From positions 64,001 to 128,000 of the forward strand of contig JAITVV010000007.1 in assembly GCA_031285625.1 (NCBI GenBank): a stretch of DNA of 64,000 bases, written 5' to 3'. Shown here piece by piece: positions 50,348 to 60,720 of the stretch. The notes under the pieces were generated by a model. It saw only the letters and a program-made list of their open reading frames with translations. It did no database searches and was not told the origin of the DNA. Origin of the DNA: Prevotella sp. GTDB taxonomy: Bacteria; Bacteroidota; Bacteroidia; Bacteroidales; Dysgonomonadaceae. Made by a program: the position numbers and the translations under genes. How positions within the stretch are numbered: position 1 is the first letter of the stretch; every line of letters starts with the position of its first letter.

Positions 50348-52024
50348 TTAATTACCTGAGCTCTCAATAAATCCTCCTATTTTCAAATATTTTTTATATA
50401 GTTTCTCATAGATAGCATTCTTTTGTGCATCCGGATAATATTCATAAGCAAAACCTTTTCCCATAGCAGCTTGCGCATCTTCTACACATGCATATTCCGA
50501 AGCGGCTACTGCAGCAAACATAGCTGCACCCAAGGCACAAGCCTGCTCCACACCCGACACTTTTATAGGCATTCCCAAAACATCAGCCAGAGTCTGCATT
50601 ACAAATGGAGCTTTTAATGGTATACCACCAATCCCAATTACATTCTTGATTTCAACGCCCTGTGCCAAGAAACTATCAATAATGGCTTTTGAGCCAAAAG
50701 CTGTTGCTTCTACCAATGCCTTGTAAATAACCGGGGCCGAGCTACCTAATGTAAGATCTGCAATACAACCCTTTACTACCTGATTTGCAAATGGAGTGCG
50801 ACGCCCGTTCATCCAATCGAGTGCTATCGGAGAACTTTCTGATACAGGAATTTTCTGAGCTTCTTCGTTCAGATATGGTAAAATACGATCCTTAATCTGT
50901 TCTTGTAATTGCTGTTTAAATTCGCTATCAGCAATATCTAAATTTGATAGAATATCTCTCAACGGATGGTAAATAATGTTTCTGAACCAAGCATAAATGT
51001 CCCCAAAAGCTGATTGTCCAGCCTCCAGGCCTATCATTCCGGGTATAACAGAACCATCAACCTGACCGCATATTCCGGCAATAAGTTTATCTTTCATTGT
51101 ATCATAGGATGAAACCATTATATCGCAGGTAGATGTGCCTATAATACGCACAAATGCACCTTCTGATATTTGTGCACCGACAGCTCCCATATGGCAATCG
51201 AGTTCACCGACACAAATAACTACCCCTGTATGTAGCCCCAGTCTTTCTGCCCATTCATCAGTAAGTGTTCCTACAACTTTATCACTTGTATGTGTTTGCT
51301 TAAAGAGATGCCCTTTGAACAAGTCATAAAGAGGATCTAAGGTATGCAAGAATTCTGATGAAGGCAATCCTCCCCAACTTTCATTCCACATAGCTTTATG
51401 CCCTGCAGCACAACGGCTACGCAGCATATTCTCCGGATTAGTATTACCTGTGAGTAAGGCAGATATCCAATCGCAATGCTCAGTCCAACTGTATGCTTTA
51501 TCCCTTATGGAGGTATCAACCCGAAGGACATGGAGCATTTTCGCCCAAGCCCATTCCGATGAATATACTCCGCCTGAATATGATGTAAAATCGATATCCC
51601 ATTTTTTTGCTAATTCATTGATTTCTGCTGCTTCATTTATAGCTGTATGATCTTTCCACAGAACAAACATGGCATTCGGGTTATCTGCATATTCCGGTAA
51701 TAAGGCTAAAGGCAGACCATCCTTATCTAGCAGGACGGGTGTAGACCCTGTGGTATCAAACCCCATACCTATTATCTTTGGTACTATTTCTCCCGGGCAC
51801 TTTTGGAATAAATGTTTTATCACATCTTCGAGACTTTCAATATAATCCGCAGGATGCTGACGATACTGATTATTTACAGGATTACAATACAAACCCTTTC
51901 CCCAACGGTTGTAATGACTTACTGCTGAGGCTTGTTCCGTACCTGTTGTAGTATCCACAATTATCGCACGACAAGAGTCTGTACCATAATCGACCCCTAT
52001 CACATACTTCTTTTCCTTTTCCAT
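50348..52024 (-). CDS. araB: Ribulokinase (FGGY family)
   Basis: IGVDYGTDSCRA, DTTGSTP, LWKDHTA, YSSEW, GLEAGQSAFGD, DWMNGRRTP. Confidence 0.9.
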   Translation of the reverse strand: MEKEKKYVIGVDYGTDSCRAIIVDTTTGTEQASAVSHYNRWGKGLYCNPVNNQYRQHPADYIESLEDVIKHLFQKCPGEIVPKIIGMGFDTTGSTPVLLDKDGLPLALLPEYADNPNAMFVLWKDHTAINEAAEINELAKKWDIDFTSYSGGVYSSEWAWAKMLHVLRVDTSIRDKAYSWTEHCDWISALLTGNTNPENMLRSRCAAGHKAMWNESWGGLPSSEFLHTLDPLYDLFKGHLFKQTHTSDKVVGTLTDEWAERLGLHTGVVICVGELDCHMGAVGAQISEGAFVRIIGTSTCDIMVSSYDTMKDKLIAGICGQVDGSVIPGMIGLEAGQSAFGDIYAWFRNIIYHPLRDILSNLDIADSEFKQQLQEQIKDRILPYLNEEAQKIPVSESSPIALDWMNGRRTPFANQVVKGCIADLTLGSSAPVIYKALVEATAFGSKAIIDSFLAQGVEIKNVIGIGGIPLKAPFVMQTLADVLGMPIKVSGVEQACALGAAMFAAVAASEYACVEDAQAAMGKGFAYEYYPDAQKNAIYEKLYKKYLKIGGFIESSGN

Positions 52025-52045
52025 GATATATTTTTCAAAGTGTTT

Positions 52046-53965
52046 TCAATAGATTCGTTCCAGATATATACAATCAAATTCAAATTCATTTCTCCCATTA
52101 TTATTTTTCACTTTTATAGATAAAGAGTTTGTTTGCGCTGTTATATCCATATTACCTATGTATTGCTTTTCATTAAATTTGTCTTCGGTACTGTATGATG
52201 ATTTATAACTACTTATTTCCTCCTGTCTCTGCCAGATAATAAAATCGCCTCCTGTTGGTTTCATATGATAAGAAAGATAAATCCTATATCTTCCTTCGGG
52301 GATATCATCCAGAAAGACTTTTATTCCTCCTTCGCTCTTCGATTGTATATTTATCCCTCTCATATAGCTTATTTGTGTATCATGAAAGGCTGAAAACTTC
52401 ATCAATTGAGGATAAAACCGATAATTATCCGGCTCGTAAACAGTACGTAGTCTTTCTTCAGGTTCAATTTGTTGCAGCAGCGGTTTTTCTGCATAATAAA
52501 AAGCAACTGAGGTATAATCTACAGGATATTTATTTCCTACAGGCCCGTGTTCCATTGCATGACATATTTCCTTTTCGAATGAAAGTTTATCCCCCAGATA
52601 AAAGCGATATCCTCCTGTACGGGCAGATTGCAAAGAATAAGACAAAGATCCATGTATAGGAAGGCTTACATCGCGATCCCATCTGTCAAGCAATGCATAC
52701 CAACCTCCATTATAATAGTCCTCAGAGCCTGTACCATGTATACGCATCTTACCATCTACGTACGTAGAATCATCCCCTTCAAAAAATTCTGTCATCTGAG
52801 GTAATAATCCTTGTGCCTGATGTATTGTACCTATATAATGCCCTTTACCTTTTACTGAAAGGAAATCATAAAACTTCCCTTCTGGAGGATTAATCTCCCT
52901 GTTCCAATTGGTATAGAGTTTTCCTTCTTCTGCCGGATTCCTAACTTCTGTTTTATAATATACTTTTACCCTGATCAAAATAGAAGGCTGCCCTTCACCC
53001 TCACGTTTTTTATATATCAACTTCATTGTAGCAGTATTGTAAGGGCTGGGAATGTAACAATAGTTTATTCCATCCTTTTTCCCCAACAAGTAGCTTCTCA
53101 TAGAAGCTTTGCCATAAGCATATCCAAAAAAATCGGCGGCAGGGGCATGGATAGCAGGAATAGTTTCATTATCCCACACAACATTCAATATTATATCTTT
53201 ATATTTACTTTCGAAATAACCGTTATCATCAATCTCGAAGCCAAGGATACGCCCCGATTGGTTTTGTGAAAAGAATATTTGTTTGCTACCGGGCTCCAGT
53301 ACAAAGCTTTCCTCCTTCACCAATATATCGTCATTAACAGGTTTTGCCAATTGTTTCCATTTCAAATCTATGGTTTTCAATATATTCTTCTCATTCTGGT
53401 CAAGATCGCCCGTGAATGTTTCCACCTTATAACCCAGAAGATTACGATACTGTATCTGATAAAACTTCATTGTTTCGCCAGAAAACATAACCTTACACGA
53501 CTTGCTATAAGGAATAGGCAAATAACAATAATATCCTCCGATCTCATTACCGCATAAGGGTTTTATGAAAGGATAGACTTTACCTGAAAATAGATCATCG
53601 AAACATATTTTTAGTCCGGCATCTTTTTGACCATCGAAATAGAATTCTATAGTATCATTAGTGGGTGTAGGTGTCCATATACGATTAATCACTCCCGGGC
53701 CTTTCAGATCAGCAAGTATGAGTTTCCCATCCTCCTTGCCAACAAAAGAATATGTACCTTCAAAGCCATCGTTATTACCTCCTGTCCGATCATAACTGGA
53801 TACTTGTTCTACAATCCCATCACGATAGCAAGGGAGTAAATTGACATTATATAGTTGTTCCAGTTCTTTGGCATAACTGAATATCCGTTCATTTTTTTGT
53901 GCATTAATTACTACCCCAAAGCTCAGTATGAATAAAACAATAAATAATCTTACCCGATGTACCAT
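52046..53965 (-). CDS. GH172 (DUF2961) glycoside hydrolase, long form
   Basis: SSYDRTGGNNDG, GPGVINRIW, FEGDD...IHGTGSEDYYNGGWY, EHG. Confidence 0.85.
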   Translation of the reverse strand: MVHRVRLFIVLFILSFGVVINAQKNERIFSYAKELEQLYNVNLLPCYRDGIVEQVSSYDRTGGNNDGFEGTYSFVGKEDGKLILADLKGPGVINRIWTPTPTNDTIEFYFDGQKDAGLKICFDDLFSGKVYPFIKPLCGNEIGGYYCYLPIPYSKSCKVMFSGETMKFYQIQYRNLLGYKVETFTGDLDQNEKNILKTIDLKWKQLAKPVNDDILVKEESFVLEPGSKQIFFSQNQSGRILGFEIDDNGYFESKYKDIILNVVWDNETIPAIHAPAADFFGYAYGKASMRSYLLGKKDGINYCYIPSPYNTATMKLIYKKREGEGQPSILIRVKVYYKTEVRNPAEEGKLYTNWNREINPPEGKFYDFLSVKGKGHYIGTIHQAQGLLPQMTEFFEGDDSTYVDGKMRIHGTGSEDYYNGGWYALLDRWDRDVSLPIHGSLSYSLQSARTGGYRFYLGDKLSFEKEICHAMEHGPVGNKYPVDYTSVAFYYAEKPLLQQIEPEERLRTVYEPDNYRFYPQLMKFSAFHDTQISYMRGINIQSKSEGGIKVFLDDIPEGRYRIYLSYHMKPTGGDFIIWQRQEEISSYKSSYSTEDKFNEKQYIGNMDITAQTNSLSIKVKNNNGRNEFEFDCIYLERIY

Positions 53966-54017
53966 AGTCGCATATTTTTAGAAATGAATATCTATAGAAT
54001 TCTTATACTATTCCAAA

Positions 54018-55172
54018 TTAATGGTTCCAGCTTTTCTTTCCGGCCTTTGATTCCTGCCAAGCCTTACGCCACATATGTATATCCCAGAAATTAGTAAAAG
54101 GCATTAGCTTACGATTATTTCTATCAGGAATAGCAGGTATCATAGAAGCCTCAGTCTGATACCAATAAGCAACAGTTGCTATATCCAACTGCATATCATT
54201 GGATGTGCCATGCTCAATAGTAGCTTTCAGCGATTTTTCGAAGAAAACAGGATCAGTGATAAAGAAACGGTACACATGTGTTCTACCCAGCCAACCATTA
54301 TCCTCATTTACACGTGGGTAACCGAAAAACGGACTTTGAAAAGGTTCTTTAGGGCACCATGATGTATTAAAAAAATCTTCGGTTCCGGTTCCGACCATCG
54401 ATGGTATTTTCTCACCGTCTATATACCACATATCATCACCTTCACCATACCATGCCGGACTGGGAGAATGCACATAATAATTAAGACCGATAAAATGCCC
54501 CTCACCTTTAATATCAGCAAACACATAATTTTCTTTTCCATCTATATTGGCTACCTCATGGCCTGTTACCGGATCGCTTATAGCTTCTGTAATCTCACGG
54601 TTATACCATGCATGAAACCGCCCAAGGTCTTTATCCAGTTTGTCTACTTGCCAATAGTCCACATAGAAAAAGATATTATCTATTGTTTTATCAGTCTGGT
54701 TTTCTATCTCAATACGTGCTCCATTTGCAAAAGGCATAGCAAAATAAGAAGATAATCCTGTACCATTAGCCGGACCAGCCGACAAAGCATAAGAACTAAA
54801 GTTGTAACGCTCATCCCATCCTTGTCCGAAGAAAGGGCCGATAGGCGACTCCACGGAAGGATAATCTTTACCATCCCAATACATACGGATAATAATATCG
54901 TTCCTGTTAATCAATTCGGGTGGAGGTGCTATGGTAAACCATATATGATTGATTATTCCGGAGCCTTTTATATCACAAACTACAGCTTTCTCCCCCGGTT
55001 TTATACCAACGAGCCTGTCTCCATTAAATCCCTCTTTATCATAACTGCTGATTCTTTTTGAATAGTAGCCTTTCTTTATTTTTGCAAGATCATATGTGAC
55101 ACCATTAGACTGCTGTGCCATAATAGTAGTTGCAAAAAAACATAAGGCCAACATAATAAAATATTTTTTCAT
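54018..55172 (-). CDS. GH172 (DUF2961) glycoside hydrolase
   Basis: GIINHIWFT, YWDG...PSVESPIG.FFG, WYGEGDD...GTGTEDFFN, YRF...DPV.F, EHG. Confidence 0.9.
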   Translation of the reverse strand: MKKYFIMLALCFFATTIMAQQSNGVTYDLAKIKKGYYSKRISSYDKEGFNGDRLVGIKPGEKAVVCDIKGSGIINHIWFTIAPPPELINRNDIIIRMYWDGKDYPSVESPIGPFFGQGWDERYNFSSYALSAGPANGTGLSSYFAMPFANGARIEIENQTDKTIDNIFFYVDYWQVDKLDKDLGRFHAWYNREITEAISDPVTGHEVANIDGKENYVFADIKGEGHFIGLNYYVHSPSPAWYGEGDDMWYIDGEKIPSMVGTGTEDFFNTSWCPKEPFQSPFFGYPRVNEDNGWLGRTHVYRFFITDPVFFEKSLKATIEHGTSNDMQLDIATVAYWYQTEASMIPAIPDRNNRKLMPFTNFWDIHMWRKAWQESKAGKKSWNH

Positions 55173-55283
55173 AGATTTATCATATATTTCTGCAACAGCA
55201 ATAGTTGATTACAATTAAATGATGTTGCATTAAATGATTTTTACTTAAATAATTCTGTATCTTTAAATAGTTTTTAGCAAAAA

Positions 55284-55386
55284 TGTCAATAAGTGGTATT
55301 TGAAGTAGATTCATTTTATACTTCTTATGACAGATTCATTCTTTTTTTAAAGCTCCCCGTTAGAGAACAGATTTTCGGGGAGCTTT
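55284..55386 (-). repeat. Intergenic hairpin-plus-motif element, copy A
   Basis: tgtcaataag..tattt...tttatacttc..tgacagattcattcttttt, then hairpin aaagctccccg/cggggagcttt with a gagaacaga loop. Confidence 0.7.
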
Positions 55387-55424
55387 CTCTTGAATAACTA
55401 AAATCCAAAACCAATAACTCAAAA

Positions 55425-55466
55425 GTCCCGGTATAAGTCTGTCTACTATAAGAAATATACCGGGAC
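55425..55466 (-). terminator. Terminator-like hairpin after susD
   Basis: gtcccggtata...tataccgggac followed on the minus strand by UUUU. Confidence 0.7.
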
Positions 55467-55492
55467 AGTATCAAAAAACAATCATAAGAGTA

Positions 55493-57193
55493 CTATTTCC
55501 AACCTGGATTCTGTTCTAGTGCAGGATTTAGCAATATCTGCCTTGTTGGTAACGGGAACAGATAATGCTTCTGCTCAAAATTCCGCTTCGATGAAGCCTC
55601 CAACAAGATACAACCTTCAGAATCATAGTCATATTTTACGTTTTCCCATAATGGGTTTGTTTCATATTCAGTTCCTTGAAACTTAACTCCTCTAAGAGGT
55701 TCTTTTAATTCTACTTCGGCGGTTTTCCAACGACGCAAATCATCAAGTCTGTATCCTTCAAGGCTCAGTTCTATTGTACGCTCACGCCTTATTTCCGTCA
55801 GCATATCCAATCCGTATTTACTCACATGAGCATTTGTCAGATGTACCATGCTAACCCTGTCACGCAGCTTGTTTATACTTATTTTAAGTTCATCATCGGT
55901 TATTTTTCCATTTTTCTCATGCAGAGCTTCTGCATAAATCAATAATACTTCTGTATAACGGATAACCGGCCAATCCATTCCCATCGGGAAACTTATTTCT
56001 GAGACACCTTTCAGATTGCGATAACCTGTTTGTGTCCAGAAACCAAAATCTACATTGTAGATAATACCTGTACTTTCGGGATCGTCCCAATTTACATTAT
56101 ATACCGGTTGAGAAAATAGCCAAAAACGCTCAAACGGCTTCACAAAGAATATATCCATACGCGGATCACGATCCTGATATTCATCCAGCACCATATTGTA
56201 TCCTTTAAATACACTACTTGCATGCGTGATAGGAACTCCGTTCTTATCAAGATACATATCTGCCAGTTTCTTCGTAGGGCATAACTCATGAGAATGCTCA
56301 TAACGAGGAGACTCTCTTATATCCTGATCGTAACGATTGGCAAGTATAGTTTCTGACTGATCAGCTTTGGTCAACCCGGCAGGATTTGATTTAAGAGTAG
56401 ATAGAGTGAAATAATATTTATAGCTCAGATCACCCAGAACATCCCTACGATCAAATAATTTATATTCCTCCGAATCTATGACTGCCTTTGATGCATCTAC
56501 TGCTGCTGAAATAAATTTATCGGCATCACTCAATCCATGGTATTTACGCCATGTACCTTCAAACAAGCATACTCTGGCTTTAAAAGCTTGTGCAGCCCCT
56601 TTAGATACACGTCCTTTATCACCTGCACTGATATCTGATTCGAGAGGTAGATCTGTAATAGCTTCATCAAGGTCTTTTACTATAAAGTCTGCAATGGCTT
56701 CACGTGTTGCACGTGGACCATATAGATATTCCGTATCATTTAATGTTAATGTTTTATCGATCAGAGGAACGCCACCAAAACGTTTTAACAGATTAAAATA
56801 ATGGAATGCCCGGAAAAACTTAGCTTCAGCTTCATAAACTTTGATGCCACTCTTTATATCGTCAGATGCCTTATTAGCACTTTCCAGTGCATAATTAGCA
56901 TACCGGATCATCCTATACGAAAAATCCCAAGTTCCATCACCCGGCGATGGTACATAAGAACTATTACTGACGGAATTAAAACCACTTGGCTTTGTAATAT
57001 CAGACATATCATCATCAGCATTGAAGGATGGTAATTCAGGATAGAACTGGTTAAGATATAATTTAAAATCCTCAACAGTCTTAAAATACACAGCATCTGT
57101 AATCACATCCTTGGATTGGAGATCAAGACCTTTTTCACATGAAATTGTGAAAAGAGATATTAAACATATTAATAATATTTTTCGTGTTTTCAT
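55493..57193 (-). CDS. SusD/RagB glycan-binding lipoprotein
   Basis: Lipobox TISC; EAKFFRAFHYFNL..FGGVP; IRY.EVLLIYAE; ERTIEL..EG.R..DL.RW; QNPGW. Confidence 0.95.
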   Translation of the reverse strand: MKTRKILLICLISLFTISCEKGLDLQSKDVITDAVYFKTVEDFKLYLNQFYPELPSFNADDDMSDITKPSGFNSVSNSSYVPSPGDGTWDFSYRMIRYANYALESANKASDDIKSGIKVYEAEAKFFRAFHYFNLLKRFGGVPLIDKTLTLNDTEYLYGPRATREAIADFIVKDLDEAITDLPLESDISAGDKGRVSKGAAQAFKARVCLFEGTWRKYHGLSDADKFISAAVDASKAVIDSEEYKLFDRRDVLGDLSYKYYFTLSTLKSNPAGLTKADQSETILANRYDQDIRESPRYEHSHELCPTKKLADMYLDKNGVPITHASSVFKGYNMVLDEYQDRDPRMDIFFVKPFERFWLFSQPVYNVNWDDPESTGIIYNVDFGFWTQTGYRNLKGVSEISFPMGMDWPVIRYTEVLLIYAEALHEKNGKITDDELKISINKLRDRVSMVHLTNAHVSKYGLDMLTEIRRERTIELSLEGYRLDDLRRWKTAEVELKEPLRGVKFQGTEYETNPLWENVKYDYDSEGCILLEASSKRNFEQKHYLFPLPTRQILLNPALEQNPGWK

Positions 57194-57207
57194 AATCTTT
57201 TCGTGTT

Positions 57208-60200
57208 TTAGAATACTACATTTATTCCTAATGAAAAAGTACGGGTGAATGGTATCAGATTTTCACTAAACGGTGCTTCAGGATCAAATCCCTTAGGAAG
57301 ATTATCAAATTCAAACAAGTTGGTACCATTTACATACGTGCGTACTTTTTCCACTCCAAATTTTCGTGTAAGGGTTTGAGGCAGAGTATATCCCAACTGT
57401 ATATCTTTCAGTCTCAGATATCTGTTGTTTACAAATTTGTAAGGGGCACTTGATTGTTGATAGTTATACCAGTGTACCCCGCCATCCTGAGTCAGACGTG
57501 GATATAATGCACCCATGTTTGTCTCTGTCCATGTATCCTGATAGAAATATTCAGAAGCTTGTTTCCATACCTCAGGACCCGCTGCATAAGTATTATTCAT
57601 TACATTCCATTTGCCTACCCCCTGGAGAAATGCTTTGAAATCAAAACCTTTCCACTCCAATTCTAAATTTATACCATATAGATAATGCTGATTACCATCA
57701 CCTTTGTAGATTATATCTCCGGAACTATCATCTCCTTCTTTATACAAATGAGGTTCTAACGTACCATCACCATCCATATCTTTAAATTTAGCATCTCCAA
57801 GTCTAAGATTTGTCGGAACACCTTTAACATTTGATAAATAGTTGTTCAGATCAGCCTCAGAGCTGATAAATCCATCAAATTCATAAAGGAAATAAGAGTT
57901 TGCAGGATAGCCTTCAATGAAAGCATTATGCCCATAACCCGGATTTCTGGCATCTTTCAGATTAACAACTTTACTTGTATTGTTACTCAAAGAGACTCCT
58001 ATGCGATAACCCAAGGCTCCTATATTATCTTTCCAGCTAATTGCAACTTCCCAACCATTAGTCCTTAGATGCGCTCCATTGATACGAGGTGCACCTGTAC
58101 CTAATACTGAAGGGAATTCCTCGGCATAGAACATACCTTTATTTTCTTTGATATAGTAATCAAAGGTTCCTCCCAAACGGTTGTCCAGTATGGAGAAATC
58201 CAGACCTCCATTATAAGAATTGATTGTTTCCCAAGTCTGATCAACAGCCGGCATACCTCCTAATGTAGCCTGCATTGACTTTGAAGGTGAATTTGAATTA
58301 CCAAAAGGGTATTGTCCACCTACATTGATATACTGATAATGATCATACAATCCGATACCAGCCTGGTTACCCAGCTGTCCCCATGATAGCCTTAGTTTCA
58401 GATAATCAATATAATTCTTTGCACCTTTAAAGAATTTCTCGTTGGAAACAATCCACGAACCTGAAACCCCAAAGAAATCTTCCCATTTGTGTCCATCCGC
58501 AAATCTGGAAGAACCATCGTTACGATAAGTCGCTTCAAGAAAATAACGGCTATCGAAATCATAGCTCAATCGGCCAAAAAAAGAAGTTATAGCCCAGTCA
58601 TTACGATATTCACTATTGAACTGCTCATTAGCATCACCAATACCCATTACCTCTAACTGGTCTGTAATAAGGTTGTAACGATGAGCACCAAAGCCACGAT
58701 TATCTAGTTCCTCATGCGAGCCTCCGGCCATTACATTGAAGCTGTGCTTATTTATATCAAAATTGTAGTTTGCATATATATTTGCCACAACATGCTCATT
58801 CCTATCATACTGAGAGGCAGCCTTAGTTTTTCCACTATACCAGTAATCGATCACATCATAGTTTAATGAACCATCCCAATGATATGTCTGGTGCCTCTTT
58901 CGAGAGTAGCTCTCATCACGAATATCATAATTCATAGAAAGGTCACCTGTTATAGTCAGGTTTTTAATAGGTGTCAGGTCGAAACCTAATTGAGTGTAAT
59001 ATGAATAATATGTTTTGTTTGTATTGCCTATATGATTAGCAAAAGCTATTGGGTTACCAAAACCACCGGAAGCATAGTATTCACCACGATCATTATATGT
59101 AGGCTGGCAATTCCATGTCCAGTAAGTTAACCATGCAAGCTGATTAATATCGTAAGGTTCTACAACTTTTTTACGACCTACGCAAACATTAGAGCGGAAT
59201 TTCAGGTATTTGTTAATTTCAAAATCATATTTGAACCGTGCAGAATATTTCTTATTTGAATGATCTCCATATTGGAACATAGAACTCTGGTCTAAATACC
59301 CCAGGGATACATAATAATTTGATTTTTCGGTTTTTCCTGAGATAGTAAGATTGTGAGAATGGTCGAATGCTGTTCCGTACATTTCATCCCACCAATCATG
59401 ATTACCAAGTACAAGATCGGGAGTATCACCAAATGGGCCCTTTACAACCAACGGATTTTTTGCATTAAGGTCTGCCGTATTGATATATTGTACCAAATGA
59501 GAGAAAAAATGAGTTGCGATACCATCATTTGTATATGCCTGATTCATCATATCGATGTGTTGCAGTACGTTTACTTTACGAGGAACCCGCGCCGGCTTAT
59601 TGAAAGAGAAATCACCGGAATAACTGATTGTTGGTCTTTCACTCCGACCCTTCTTTGTGGTAACCAGTATAACACCTCCGGCAGCACGGGCACCATATAT
59701 AGCAGCCTGCGCATCTTTGAGGATAGTCATACTCTCTATATCCTGAGGGTTGATTTTATTTAATGCAGAAGCATTATTATCTTTATAAGGAATACCATCT
59801 ACAACAACCAATATACCCGGATCGGCACGGGATGTAACTCCACGAATCTGAATATCAAAACCTTCTTCTCCAATTTTCCCGGGATTATTTCTCCTTATTT
59901 CCATTCCGGGAACAACCCCTTGCAAGAATGAAGCAGTATTAGTCATCGGCCTGTTTTCGAATTGTTTTTTGTCAACAACATCTACCGCACCGGTAGTCGT
60001 TGCCCTGGTTTTAACACCATATCCGATGGCTACTATCTCCTGAAGCATAATTGCATCTTCTTTCAGATCGAGATCAATTGTTGTCCTACCTTTTACTTCT
60101 ACTTCTTCGGATCTCATCCCCATAAAAGAGAAAACCAGTATATCTGTTCCAGCAGGCATATTTATAGCATATTTACCATCTACATCGGATAGTACACCAA

Positions 60201-60363
60201 CAGTTGTTCCTTTCACAACAACGGAAACGCCAGGCATTGTGTTTCCTTGCACATCTTTGATTATTCCGCTAACAGTTCTTGCATTCTGGGCATACATTGT
60301 CCCCACAGAGACAAGGCATAAAGCAAGAAACAGCATGGATATTCTTACAGATATTAATTTCAT
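57208..60363 (-). CDS. SusC/RagA TonB-dependent transporter
   Basis: VVAIGYG-like segment, DIESMTILKDA..AIYGARAAGGVILVTTKKG, DGSSRF, YLRLKDIQLGY, C-terminal F. Confidence 0.96.
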   Translation of the reverse strand: MKLISVRISMLFLALCLVSVGTMYAQNARTVSGIIKDVQGNTMPGVSVVVKGTTVGVLSDVDGKYAINMPAGTDILVFSFMGMRSEEVEVKGRTTIDLDLKEDAIMLQEIVAIGYGVKTRATTTGAVDVVDKKQFENRPMTNTASFLQGVVPGMEIRRNNPGKIGEEGFDIQIRGVTSRADPGILVVVDGIPYKDNNASALNKINPQDIESMTILKDAQAAIYGARAAGGVILVTTKKGRSERPTISYSGDFSFNKPARVPRKVNVLQHIDMMNQAYTNDGIATHFFSHLVQYINTADLNAKNPLVVKGPFGDTPDLVLGNHDWWDEMYGTAFDHSHNLTISGKTEKSNYYVSLGYLDQSSMFQYGDHSNKKYSARFKYDFEINKYLKFRSNVCVGRKKVVEPYDINQLAWLTYWTWNCQPTYNDRGEYYASGGFGNPIAFANHIGNTNKTYYSYYTQLGFDLTPIKNLTITGDLSMNYDIRDESYSRKRHQTYHWDGSLNYDVIDYWYSGKTKAASQYDRNEHVVANIYANYNFDINKHSFNVMAGGSHEELDNRGFGAHRYNLITDQLEVMGIGDANEQFNSEYRNDWAITSFFGRLSYDFDSRYFLEATYRNDGSSRFADGHKWEDFFGVSGSWIVSNEKFFKGAKNYIDYLKLRLSWGQLGNQAGIGLYDHYQYINVGGQYPFGNSNSPSKSMQATLGGMPAVDQTWETINSYNGGLDFSILDNRLGGTFDYYIKENKGMFYAEEFPSVLGTGAPRINGAHLRTNGWEVAISWKDNIGALGYRIGVSLSNNTSKVVNLKDARNPGYGHNAFIEGYPANSYFLYEFDGFISSEADLNNYLSNVKGVPTNLRLGDAKFKDMDGDGTLEPHLYKEGDDSSGDIIYKGDGNQHYLYGINLELEWKGFDFKAFLQGVGKWNVMNNTYAAGPEVWKQASEYFYQDTWTETNMGALYPRLTQDGGVHWYNYQQSSAPYKFVNNRYLRLKDIQLGYTLPQTLTRKFGVEKVRTYVNGTNLFEFDNLPKGFDPEAPFSENLIPFTRTFSLGINVVF

Positions 60364-60578
60364 AGTTTTTTGATTTAATTGTAACTTTTTATCTACAAAC
60401 CTATTTTTTGTCCATCCAAGTATAACTGATAGTTATGACTTTAAAATGTGACATCATTATTAGCGTTTACTTATCTATTTATCAAAGTACATTTCATTTT
60501 ATTCTTCGAATAAAGAATTTCAAGTGTGGTTATTAATTTTCAGTTTGTATGCCTGTGAAAATATTTTTTATTAGTATT

Positions 60579-60707
60579 TGTCAATAAGAATTATTTATAA
60601 ACAGACCGGCATTTTTCTGTCTTTATACTTCGTTTTTGACAGATTCATTCTTTTTCGCCTTTCTTTAAAACTGCTTCCCATACGAGAACAGAAGTATGGG
60701 AAGCAGT
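60579..60707 (-). repeat. Intergenic hairpin-plus-motif element, copy B
   Basis: tgtcaataag..tattt...tttatacttc..tgacagattcattcttttt, then hairpin actgcttcccatac/gtatgggaagcagt with a gagaacaga loop. Confidence 0.7.
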
Positions 60708-60720
60708 CATTCACCTAAGT

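Noticed and set aside
50348-52024. L-arabinose (araBAD) operon
   Set aside because: No araA, araD or GH43/GH51 genes nearby; the context is GH172/GH116
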